From Tubiluchus corallicola (lineage: Eukaryota; Animalia; Priapulida), in the NCBI GenBank assembly GCA_030141605.1, contig JAQGDQ010000173.1, forward strand, positions 248,001 through 312,000: a DNA stretch of 64,000 nucleotides, written 5' to 3'. Positions within the stretch are counted from its first letter, which is position 1; each line of letters opens with the position of its first letter. The position numbers were made by a program, and so were the translations under genes. The notes below the pieces were generated by a model. It saw only the letters and a program-made list of their open reading frames with translations. It was not told the DNA's origin and made no database searches. Positions 27,720 through 41,100 of the stretch are shown here, piece after piece.

Positions 27720-30700
27720 CTGCGAAAATAATCAATAATTAGACAATAATAACCATTTTCACAGATCCACTGATTGATGAAGATCGTGAAAAAGTCAAAG
27801 GTTAAGTGAACCTACCAACATTATCCAGACCAAACAACGCATTTGTTTACACTTGATAATGCCTCGAGACCCACGGTGTTGTAATAGTAATAGTTGTTGG
27901 AGTTAATCTAAGTCATAATTAAGCGTAATTTTGACGGTAATAATACGAGCAGCACATTTTTCAAACATTTTAACTGTTTACATAAGAATGACGGCAGTTA
28001 AATTATTCATCTTTGCATCAAGTGCTATGCAGAGTATCCAAATAAACCGCAAACCATACTTACCAAATAGGACAGCTGATAAACTTGTATTTCTGCTTTG
28101 ACACCTGGTGATGAAAATGAACAATATTTAAGATTACTTGCCTACTAATGGCAAAGTCTGTAACTCTGTAGTTGATTGGAAAGTCCACTTATCGGGAGGA
28201 TACCTCGGGTACTGTCGGTAGCGCCACCCGGAACGGTACGATACCTTATCCTGCAGCGGCCAGTAATAGTTTCCGACACACCGCCGTCCAAATGGCTGTA
28301 CTATCTGAGGAGGTTTACACAAACCTAAAGAGCAAATTTGCCGAGAAATGAAATCACCTTATTACAATAATTCCGACTTTGTAATCTTTCCTTTTTGTAA
28401 TAACAAGTTAAAAATGTTTTATCATGAACAATCAACGACGTCTCAAGCAAATGTGACCTGCACATTGTAATTGTTGTAAACTGAGAAGTTTTTTGAAGTT
28501 TTAACTAAAAGTAACGACACGAAATAGTATGACAAAATACTGGGTTTTGTGAACAAGTGGAACACCCACATACAGGAGGCACCAAAAAACCTTTCTTCAC
28601 ATATAACAGGTTTTAGACTTGTATTGTAATCAATGATTTTTATTAAAAACAAAAAGAATACAAGAAAATTTTAACTGCCCATTATGAAAAAAGGAGAGCC
28701 AAATGATTCCAGTTATGATTGGCTGACAGTTAAGTAATATAACTTAGTAACTTACACAAAACATGTCACTTATATTGAGTCAACATATTGAAGTACTATT
28801 GTACAGCTTAAGTAAAAACCTTTAGTTACACGAAGTTGTCTAAGTCTGACCACACCCACAAGCCAGGTGGAGGAGTCACGGGTGAATCCAGGAGCAACTG
28901 GATCACTATTATTATCCATGTTTTCCACAAATAAACTCGGTTCTAATGTGTTTAATAAGTAATCCCACATACTATCAACATCTTTTATCTAAAAGAAAAA
29001 TTAACAAAAAAATCAGAAGAAGTTTTGAACTAAAATGGAAGAAAACAGAATTTACATTTTACTTGGATGATTTAAATTAGGTGTCTTAGTTTTAGAGTAA
29101 TGGTGAAATGTAGGTATTGTAAATACTTTATTGTGGTACATTACACTAAGCATGTGGTACAACCTGCTGTTAAAAATTTGATACTGTAATGTAGAGACAG
29201 AATTCTCTTTAAACCATGAATTTTGAAAAGCAATTTTATTTCATTCACAGAAAAGCTTCCACTGACACTTAATGTTTCACTTTTCTCTGTTTAGGTCACG
29301 CAAGTTATGAATGCAAAGCTCTGGGTTCAAATCTTGCTTTCTTCATAATTTTCCAGCACCTTTCTTCTCAGTAAATTAGCTATTAGATTAATGATTGTGA
29401 GTAGTGATGCTTCTCTTAATGAGGGAACATGAAATAATAACGAAGTAAAACCTTCTGTGTTTGTAAAATCATTAAGACTTCTATCCAGCATTAGGCATTT
29501 CATAAATAAGAAATAAAAATCTTCCATTTCGAGAAGCCTTTGTAATTGTGGTGCAAATAACTCGAGGCATTGATTAACCAAGTTTCCGCTAAGAGCATAA
29601 AAAAACACTATGTAACTTTAATAAATTCTTAGAATCTTATCTTGTATGCCGATATCTGAGTATCATTAATAATACACTACATTGTTCAATATCAAATCCC
29701 GATATTGTTCATCCACAACAAACAAGAGTTGATGCGTTTCTTGGTTTACTGCTGAAAAATTTTGTTTGGTCATAAAAATTTTTTTAATTTAAGAAATTCT
29801 GTAGGCAAACATGTGTCAGTGCATTCGCCTGCCAGCAGCCCTGTCCACCCTCATTAATCCTTGCCATTTTTTCCTCCTTGCACCTCTTGCTTCCTGTTTT
29901 ACTACCAATAGAAGTTATATAATATTTCTTAATGATTTTAAATACCGTTATATGATTTCAGGTGTCAATGTATGTACTGTTTCAATTTTCAGTACACTAC
30001 TAATAAATACAGTTTAAACTAATAGCGCACATGTTATAGGTCTAAGAGTTACAACAAGTATCATTTATCTCACCGCATGTTATACAACATACAGTCAAAC
30101 CTGTTTATACCAAGGACCAAAAAAAGTTGGCATTAGGCCACGATGCCGAAGTTTGTTAAGTAGAGACTATTGTCTTGACTTAGCCGACGCTTTCGATGCT
30201 TAAAGGCGAGCTGAAAAGGAATAATTAGTACATCTGATCCCTTTTGGCTTGATTTCTAGCATTAAAAATGACTCCTGAGTCAAAACAATCGTCTGTGCTT
30301 AACAAACATGTTGACTTTTTGTGAAATACAGAAAACCCAATAATTACAAAGTGCAATTGTTCTCTAATTAGCATTTGGTTCGAAAACAATTTAGTAATTT
30401 TTTTTACATATTTCTTTATCTCGCTCGCGTTTGATTTCAACAATTTAGCAAGTGACATAAAGTACGATCAGTACAACAGTGAGTTTCTGCATATTACAGC
30501 CAGTTTATAACAGAAAATACTGAGCTTAGTAACAAAATAAGAAGTTACTGTTTTAGAAAGATGTTACAACCATTTTATTGCAGGGAGTACGGACCTTAAT
30601 GACACAACAGAAAGCTACTGTATCCAGTGGCGGCTCGTGTATAGGGGGAGTACGGACCTTAATGACACAGCAGAAAGCTACTGTATCCAGTGGCGACTCG

Positions 30701-33700
30701 TGTATAGAGGGAGTACGGAGACCTTAATGACACAACAGAAAGCTACTGTATCCAGTAGCGGCCCGTGTATAGGGGGAGTACGGACCTTAATGACACAGCA
30801 GAAAGCTACTGTATCCAGTAGCGGCCCGTGTATAGGGGGAGTACGGACCTTAATGACACAGCAGAAAGCTACTGTATCCAGTGGCGGCTCGTGTATGGGG
30901 GAGTACGGAACTTAATGACACAGCAGAAAGCTACTGTATCCAGTGGCGGCTCGTGTATAGGGGGAGTACGGACCTTAATGACACAGCAGAAAGCTACTGT
31001 ATCCAGTGGCGGCTCGTGTATAGGGGGAGTACGAACCTTAATGACACAGCAGAAAGCTACTGTATCCAGTGGCGGCTCGTGTATGGGGGAGTACGGAACT
31101 TAATGACACAGCAGAAAGCTACTGTATCCAGTGGCGGCTCGTGTATAGGGGGAGTACGAACCTTAATGACACAGCAGAAAGCTACTGTATCCAGTGGCGG
31201 CTCGTGTATAGGGGGAGTACGGACCTTAATGACACAGCAGAAAGCTACTGTATCCAGTGGCGGCTCGTGTATAGGGGGAGTACGGACCTTAATGACACAG
31301 CAGAAAGCTACTGTATCCAGTGGCGGCTCGTGTATAGGTGTTCCAGAACTGCAGCACCTCCTATTGTCACTCAATATTATCGATAATTTTCACTATAATA
31401 ATTCTTTTTCTTCAGTTCTTTCATTATACTTGTATGGAATCAGAGCATGTGAGGGAAGCATTGTTTGCTTCACAGCCCAGCATAGTGTGCTCACAGGTCC
31501 GGCAACGAGGCGTTTGGCTGTTGTGAGCTAGCAGCATGCACACGTCTGAGCGCAGGTAGAGAAAGTACTGTCGCTCACACTGTTTGTTGTCAGTTGTCAC
31601 ATGCTTAACGTGAACAGATCAAGTTTGAGCTGCGAAATTTAGAGTATCGGTAAGCAAAAAACATTTTTTAAGATTTTATCACGTTTATGTATACTTTCGC
31701 ATGTTTTTTCTTTAAAATTACAACTTCAAACTACAACATTAAAATTACGTATGTCCGTTTCATTTTACTCAGTATTAAAACAATGGCTAAAAATTTTCTA
31801 AAGCAAGCAGCCCCACTAATTTTAGTTACGAGTCGCCACTGACCATTATTAATAAAGTTGCACATAGGATAATGCTTACTTGAGAGAAACCAGTGTGTCC
31901 AGCATAGTCTCCATTTAGTACAAGATTGTTTACTGTCCTTGTCACCCAAAATGATCTGTAAATCAAGCTAAGATGATACAAAATGTACATACTTGGAGTG
32001 TATATAACATGAGTTAATGAGAGGGCAATATGTACATACTTGGATTGTATATAACATGAGTTAATGAGAAGGCAATATGTACATACTTGGAGTGTATATA
32101 ACATGAGTTAATGAGAGGGCAATATGTACATACTTGGAGTGTATATAACATGAGTTAATGAGAGGGCAATATGTACATACTTGGAGTGTATATAACATGA
32201 GTTAATGAGAAGGCAATATGTACATACTTGGAGTGTATATAACATGAGTTAATGAGAGGGCAATATGTATGTACTTGGAGTGTATATAACATGAGTTAAT
32301 GAGAGGGCAATATGTATGTACTTGGAGTGTATATAACATGAGTTAATGAGAAGGTATTATGTACATACTTGGAGTGTATATAACATGAGTTAATGAGAAG
32401 GCAATATGTACATACTTGGAGTGGGAGAGGGAATTTTAAAGTACAACCCGAAAAAGTTCCCATAAAAAGTTGTATTTACACTTAACTGTTTGAAAAACTC
32501 ATGTAATTGAAAAGGAAAATTCCAAATAATTTAAAATGTTCACGCACTCTGGTAAAACGGCACTGCATCGCCATCCCAGTGTGCATCACTGATTCACAAA
32601 AAACACATTATTGATTTTATTGACAATATAAAGTAATTTATTCTTTGCTAAGTTAGGGAAGAGTGAGCTACGAAAGCTCTGGATATGTTTTCAAACTTTA
32701 AACAGTTTTATTTAAATTTGCTCAAAATGACTTGTTGTTGTTGTTGTTGTAAGTGTTGTCATTAGTACTGCTGCTACTGTTGCTGTTGCCATCTCAATTC
32801 GTATAAAAAAATCTTGCTACTTGCCTTTCATCACGAAATCGATAGACGATGTTGGACAGAAAGATGATGAAAGTAAGGAAGAGAACTAACTCCCAGGTGG
32901 CTTCACTCATCACTTGTCGGTGTTTCCGGTGCTCTCTCGCCCTCAGTATCTGCTCTGTGGTGGGAGGAATGAACGTGTGCTGACTGCGACGCTTCATTGC
33001 GCTACTGAAACATGCAAAAGGGAGCAGCAAATTCTAGCTGTAGAAATATGACTAGAATTAACTGATTGGCTTCTTTGTGCAAAATCAAAAGTTACAAAGT
33101 CAGAACACAAATTGATTTCAGTTTGAATGAACTGTACTTCAAATGTTCCAAGTCAAGAAATTTCTCTTTCATGTTTTGAACGTTTAAACGGTTTAATTTA
33201 TTTACCGCAGTGACACGCACATCAATAAGAAAGATATCATGAGTAAGTAAGTGAGTATTTGAACCAGAAACTTGCATTTTTATGACACATGTCCAACCAT
33301 TAATGTTATTGAATCAGCACAGCCAAACTGGTCTGAAATCTCAATCTACAAGTGCACAATTAGTCAGAGCCCCCCTATCTGTTACACAGTGATATTTCGC
33401 AAAATTTTGAATACATTTAAAATTAGGAGTCGATTTATAAGCCTCAACACTTCCTCATCATATGAGGAGCATACATTGAGCACATCACACTTGTAGCAAT
33501 TAGCAGTGGCTAATTAACTGAAGGTGTTGAAAGACACATACACGCGCACACACATACACAACTTTTTCATCCAAAACAAATGCTTTGCAAACATCTGCGT
33601 TTCACTTTTGATCCGCAGTGAATAAAAAGAGATATCAAACTTAGACACAATCAGTACAAACAAGCAATTTTGAGGAAAGATAAGACTTTGATTCAAACTT

Positions 33701-36700
33701 TCAAGCAGACACGCAAATCTTGAAAAGTTCAGTTTAGTTTAACTATTTTCAAAAAACCAAAAATAATCATATACTGACCTACACACTTTGCATGCAAAAA
33801 AGGTATCAAAAATTTTACAAATTTACAATAAGTTAAGTTAGTAGTCAGCCAGAAATATGAAGTAAATCTTTTCATGATCAACATGCCTCCTGTACTTCTC
33901 ATGCCATTCCTCTAACCAATCGTAATCTTCTTGCAGAATTGGTATGTCAACTTTGCCCTGCTTGAATTCCCACGGCCTGGGAAAGTTGTAGGCAACGATG
34001 GCGGCGTACAAGACGACTTGGAGTGGATCAAAGATGAAGATGCTTTGAAAGACGGACAGAATCATAGACATCACCCAGTCAGCACTCTTAGCATAACCAA
34101 ACTTTAGACCGTACAGCATGACTAGGTACGAACACAAGACTGAAAGGAATATGGCAATGAACCATCCAACGTAAACGCAATACCACGGCAATGAGAACGA
34201 TTGCGACGTCTCTTTTGTGGTGCAAGTATACAGGCAATTTGGGAACGGGAGAGGATCGCGGTCATCATCAATCATGTCACCAGACATTGCCGAGACCCTT
34301 GAAAGCCTCGACTTTGCCTTTTTCAGATCAATGCGATGAATGCAACGGTACAGCCCACTTTCCGAGTACAGTTCGGAGGGTTGGTCGGTGTCAAAGTCAA
34401 TGTTTCGTTTCAGTTCCTGAAGTAATATCCATGTTCCATCAAGCTGGTCGGAGACTTCCCGGAGATCAGATTCTAATGTCTGGTGTGTCTGTCTGACCCA
34501 CTCCAACCAGTCATCTTCAGTTTCAAACGGAAGCAACAATCCGAATCCCAGATCACTCCTTTGCCAGCGTTTCCTGCTAGGAGATTCGCTCCTCAACTAA
34601 AAGAGAAGTCAGAATTAAATGTAATGTCAGAACAAAAAGAGAAGACTGGGCAAAAAGAAATGTAAAGTAGAAATAAGACAGGATAGAATAAGAGTGAAAC
34701 ACATAGACGAGCAAGACGATGCATAATTGCTGTATCTACCCATTGCACAACATGTCAAGTAATTTTGACTTACTGCTAATTTTGACTTCCATTTCTTGGA
34801 ACTTGTTTTGCTTCTTGGTGAGGATTGCAATGAAGGCGGAATTGGCAAGCTAAATAATAAAATAATAAAAATCAATACTTGAGAGCCATGACAGGTTCCT
34901 AAGCTGGGATTGTGGTGAAGGTGGAACTGAGAAGCTAAATAATAAAAATCAATACTTGAGAGCCATGACAGGTCCCTAAGCTGATGAAATTATCATAACC
35001 ACCTCAGATGGAGACACCCCGCACCTGTCTTGATTATTTTTTACTCGTGATATATTTTAAATAAAGGGAAAAAGAAAGATCCTTCTCTCAAATAAAGGGC
35101 CTCAAACAAAAACCATTTACCTCAAACAAGGGGCCACTTTTTTTAAAATTGGGTTTTCAGACTCATTGGTTTCTGTTTTTTAAAGTTGAAATTTTATTTT
35201 AAGTTAGATGAATGATTCAGTAAAACAAAACATTGAAATCTTTTAGCAGAGCCACTAAGTTTGAGGTGGCTCCAAGCTTGAGCCGTGCTAGACTGTAGCT
35301 TATACTAGCCAATAAGCCACTAAGTTTGAGGTGGCTCCAAGCTTGAGGGGTGCTAGACTGCAGCTTATACTAGCCAATAAGCCACTAAGTTTGAGGTGGC
35401 TCCAAGCTTGAGGGGTGCTAGACTGCAGCTTATACTAGCCAATAAGCCACTAAGTTTGAGGTGGCTCCAAGCTTGAGGGGTGCTAGACTGCAGCTTATAC
35501 TAGCCAATAAGCCACTAAGTTTGAGGTGGCTCCAAGCTTGAGAGGTGCTAGACTGTAGCTTATACTAGCCAATAAGCCACTAAGTTTGAGGTGGCTCCAA
35601 GCTTGAGGGGTGCTAGACTGCAGCTTATACTAGCCAATAAGCCACTAAGTTTGAGGTGGCTCCAAGCTTGAGGGGTGCTAGACTCCAGCTTATACTAGCC
35701 TATTGGCTAATCCGGACTTGTTTGAGAGATGACATTAAGAACAGTAATTCTTACAAGCTGGTGAGAACAAAACAGATTGACAGCTTTGCTTGCATCGCGT
35801 CTTAAATCCTCATAATAAAGGAACATCGATTTTTCTTACAGTGCCTTTGTCTTAGTCATTGTACGTTTGATCACATATAGTGTGTGATGCATATTCGGAC
35901 AATAGCCATCACGTTCGAATTAAAACGTATCTTGCATTACGGATTCCACATGCAAAAACCTTTGTTTAAATATAAACTTTTGCATATGCATCATGCATTA
36001 CGTATCACACATCACGCATTACATGCACATGCAACATGGAATCGTACCTCAAGGCTCCTCGGGCTTTCGTAACTTTTGGTAAAAATCTGTTTTTGGTTAC
36101 GGTTGTGCTCAAATATGTGCTAATTTGGTTTGTAATAAATATTTTTAAATCATCAGAACTATTTGCTGCTCAAAAAGATGGCAGCTGATAACAAACATAC
36201 AGAAATTCTATAAAAACTTGATAAAATCCTAAACCACGAAATTTATGATCACGAATAACCCAAGTTGTCGCAGCTCAAGAATAACAAACTGTGAGAGCAA
36301 CAGTACTTTCTCTACCTAGCATCAGACACTAGCAGAGCAGCGCACAGTGTGTCAACAGCCAAACAAACCACTGTGCAGGGCTGTGAAGCAAACAGTTCTT
36401 TCCTCACGTACCCTGGGTCTCTACCAGTATAAAGAAAGAACTAAAGAAAAAAGACCCATTATATGGAATATTATCAATAATATTGAGTGAAAACGGGGGG
36501 TGCTGAAGTTTCACAGTACCTATGCATTGTATTGTTAGGGAAACAATTTGATGATACATTTTTTTTTGTTATGCAGTTGTGTCATAATGCATGTTTTTTT
36601 AAGACTTGGATTTAACAGAAACTTGTAGTTCTTGGGGAGGTGCTGCCATCTTTTGGCTGTAAAATTAATTTACCTATTTCTTAAACTGTTTACTGTACAA

Positions 36701-38126
36701 TCTATTTACATACCATTTACTGGGTTTCAACTAAAGTTAATGAGCTGTAACAGGAGTCCTGGCTATTGTATGTTGGTCAGTAGATGTTCAGGTCTCATAG
36801 TCTGCTGGTGAATAATGTAATTGGTGAATTTCATAATGTAGTTTGTCAAGGTATGTTGCTTTAAATTATATTTTTGTGGTTTTTTTCTGATTTGCTAAAC
36901 TGAGAGGTTAGTGCTTTAATTTTTGTTATAGAGTGTTAAACTTTAGTGAATTATTAAGTTAAACTTCCCTAAATGTTGCTTTTACTTTTATTTCAGAGTG
37001 CAATTTATGTTGAAACCCCCCCCCCCCCTCTACACCGGCTTCACTTCTTTTTTTTTGACAATAAAGGAATCAACCTGCCTGTATCAAAGTGTTCATCATT
37101 TTTATTGGGTTACAACATGCAGACGGACAAACTGAACAAAACATGCATGAGCCGCTACTGGTTCTAACTACAGATTACTATTAAGTTGAGGTCAAACTTA
37201 GTATGAAATGGCACACAAATCATCTTCCAGGACACGTGGTTATATTATTGTAGCTTGTTGTCATTTAGAGTAAGAACTTGTGACAATTTCGACAGTTTCA
37301 ACTCTAAATTGAAAGTACATATATTTTTTAAAACGTTTTTGGGAATTGTTTTTAATTTGACTTTATTTTGACTATTCTAAGTTTATACTACATCTCTGAA
37401 GTAACATAGTGTGTGTAAATAGACATCAACCTATAAAAAAGTAAAATTTAAACCTAGATGAAGAAAAGAATTTCTGCTACTTTTTCTTAATTAAACAGGT
37501 AACAAAGGAAGAAAATGGCAGACTGGGCTACATGAATTTAACAATTTAGGACTTACCCGCGTTCAGAACATATTGTGGGTCTTCTCAGGGAACGACGTTG
37601 TTGAGTCTCGTGCTTCCGAGCGAAACGAAACAACAGAACGAGGAAAATGTGCACAGGATAGATGATACTGACACTCTCAATAACTATGCAAAAACACCAG
37701 AAACACCAGATGTGAACAGGTAAGATGAAAATGTAAAATTTATTGGTAATCATTAAACAATGCTGTATCAACGCATTTAACTCAGTCCTATGACACTGTA
37801 AAGATTACTAACAAATAATGTGCAGAAACGATACTGATTCGTCAAAACTTACCCACCATGACAGGCACTATAGAAAATTGTATGTTGCTAAATGCTACTT
37901 GATCTTCGGGATTGTCAGTGGGAATGCCAAAAAACATGATGTGCGTGAGCATTGTTGTGAGAAGCAGTGATAATACACATGTAGCTCGCTGAAAAGGAAC
38001 GTAATGTGAATGATCACTATTGTAAACAGAAGTGATAAAGCACCTGCACACACAGATGCAGGTCGTTGAAAAGGAACATAATGTGCATGATCACTGTTGT
38101 GAAAACATGTGATAACGCGCACGCAT

Positions 38127-38181
<55 letters not shown>

Positions 38182-41100
38182 GCTCGCTGAAAAGGAATAT
38201 ATAATAGCATGAGCATTGTTGAAAAAATGCATATGATATCCATGTAGTTCACTGAAGCAGAACATAACGTGAATTGTTATAAAAAGTTAAGATAATGTAT
38301 GGTTGATTCAAGAAATAAAACATGATGTGCACAAGCATTTTTGTGAACCGCAGACAGAACACATGATTCACTGAAAAAATGTAATGTGCAAAACCATGAC
38401 GGTCAAAAAAGTGTAGGATGAAACACATTTAGCTTGAAATACAACATAATGTGCAGAAGCAACACTGGAAAGAGAAAAAGATAACATTTCTTTGCATGCT
38501 AATGATTTCAAGTCATAATTTTCATGAGTACAGCTGTCGTGGCAAACACCACATGTAACTTTTTGAAACAAAACATAGTGTGCTTTCAGCAATTTGTGAA
38601 AAGAAGGCATAATACACAGGTGACTTACTGAAAAACATAAAATCCATGAGCATTATTGTAAGTACTTAGCAGATATAACACATAATGTAATGGAACAAAA
38701 TCCAATAAATTTCAATGAAGAAAATCATATGCAGCAGTTTTAATATAAGTAACCAGGAATTCTTTCAAGGTTATTTGCCCCATGGAAACCAAATCGCATC
38801 TAAATAAAGTGAAAATTTTGCGCAAAAAACTGACAGCATTTGCATTACAATGTTTTGTAATTTGTCTTCTGCTAGAGACGATTAGTTAGTTTCTCTCATG
38901 TTATGAACATTTACAATCTTTTTGTCATAATGGTAAACACAAGTGTTGCATTTACGTAACTGAATATGTGATACAAAAGCTTATGGTCACTTCAACACCA
39001 GCAAGTTTGTGCACTTTGCAAAAAGAAAAATGGTTCATTTGTCTGTTTTAAACTGAAACTTCTAACCTGAACTCTTGTGAAGTCACTCTGAGGTGGCTTC
39101 ATGAAAACACTCAACCACAGATGTCCATCCGTTAGATCGCCGAGCGCTTTCTCCTTGAACACGTGAACAAAAGTCTGCGAAAAGAACAGTTCGGTTTGCA
39201 CAACTTACATGTGAACAAAAGTCTGTAAGAACAGCAAGTTTGCAAAATTTACACATGAAAAGAAGTTTTAAAAAAGAACAGTTCAGTTTGCACAACTTAC
39301 ATTTGAACAAAAGTCTACAAAAAGTTTAATTTGCACAAGTTACAGTTGAACAAAAGTCTACAAAAAGAACAGTTCACTTTGCACAACTTACAGTTGAACA
39401 AAAGTCTGCAAAAGGAACAGTTCACTTTGCACAACTTACATTTGAACAAAAGTCTGCAAAAAGAACAGTTCAGTTTGCACAACTTATAGTTGAACAAAAG
39501 TTTGCAAAAAGAACAGTTCACTTTGCACAACTTACATTTGAACAAAAGTCTGCAAAAAGAACAGTTCAGTTTGCACAACTTACAGTTGAACAAAATTCTA
39601 CAAAAAGAACAGTTCACTTTGCACAACTTACAGTTGAACAAAAGTCTGCAAAAAGAACAGTTCACTTTTCACAACTTACATTTGAACAAAAGTCTGCAAA
39701 AAGAAAAGTTCAGTTTGCACAACTTACATTTGAACAAAAGTCTACAAAAAGTTTAATTTGCACAACTTACAGTTGAACAAAAGTCTACAAAAAGAACAGT
39801 TCACTTTGCACAACTTACATTTGAACAAAATTCTACAAAAAGAACAGTTCACTTTGCACAACTTACAGTTGAACAAAAGTTTGCAAAAACAACAGTTCAC
39901 TTTGCACAACTTACATTTGAACAAAAGTCTGCAAAAAGAACAGTTCAGTTTGCACAACTTACAGTTGAACAAAATTCTACAAAAAGAACAGTTCACTTTG
40001 CACAACTTACAGTTGAACAAAAGTCTGCAAAAAGAACAGTTCACTTTGCACAACTTACATTTGAACAAAAGTCTGCAAAAAGAAAAGTTCAGTTTGCACA
40101 ACTTACATTTGAACAAAAGTCTACAAAAAGTTTAATTTGCACAACTTACAGTTGAACAAAAGTCTACAAAAAGAACAGTTCACTTTGCACAACTTACATG
40201 GTGTTTTTTTTGGTTGGTAACAGTTCACTTTGCACAACTTACATTTGAACAAAATTCTACAAAAAGAACAGTTCACTTTGCACAACTTACAGTTGAACAA
40301 AAGTTTGCAAAAACAACAGTTCACTTTGCACAACTTACATTTGAACAAAAGTCTGCAAAAAGAACAGTTCAGTTTGCACAACTTATAGTTGAACAAAATT
40401 CTACAAAAAGAACAGTTCACTTTGCACAACTTACAGCTGAACAAAAGTCTGCAAAAAGAACAGTTCACTTTGCACAACTTACATTTGAACAAAAGTCTGC
40501 AAAAAGAAAAGTTCAGTTTGCACAACTTACATTTGAACAAAAGTCTACAAAAAGTTTAATTTGCACAACTTACAGTTGAACAAAAGTCTACAAAAGAACA
40601 GTTAAGTTGTCTGCGGCTAAGAGCAAAAGTTCTTCTACTTCTAAAGCTAGGATTGGTTGAAGTTGTTGAACATTTTTATCTATCTTAGCTATCTAAATTG
40701 TTTTTTGTTTGCCAGGCAGTTTTTGGGCTTCTTTGGTTTAAGGCTTCCTTTAAGATGATTTTTACTGGTGCTTCACTTGCTACTTTACTTAATAGGTGTC
40801 AAAACCATCTTAATCATTGGATCCTGACTTCTGAACTCCAAAGAATTTCTTTCGTTTTAGCACATAAATTTCCATTTTGATTATGGAACACATTTTGTGA
40901 ATAGCTAGAATGACCACACATGCCCTCGCGTACAGGCGCAGTCATGGAAACGGAGCGACTAGGCATAGGTAGTCCACACAGCAGTAGTATATGACTGCAC
41001 TGTAGAATGGTTGCCACCATTCACTTGAAATTTATGACGCAAGAGGTGGACCTTTCGTAAGCGCAGTATGGTTTTTATTATCCGCACATTACTCAAACTA

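Noticed and set aside
31984-32423. 47-bp array with donor-like CCAA|gtatgt and a possible exon at ~32415-32485
   Set aside because: The phase does not fit the better-supported 32825-to-31955 junction, and there is no family similarity.
39315-40579. Cys/Lys- and Gln-rich repeat ORFs
   Set aside because: Translations of the 48-bp array.
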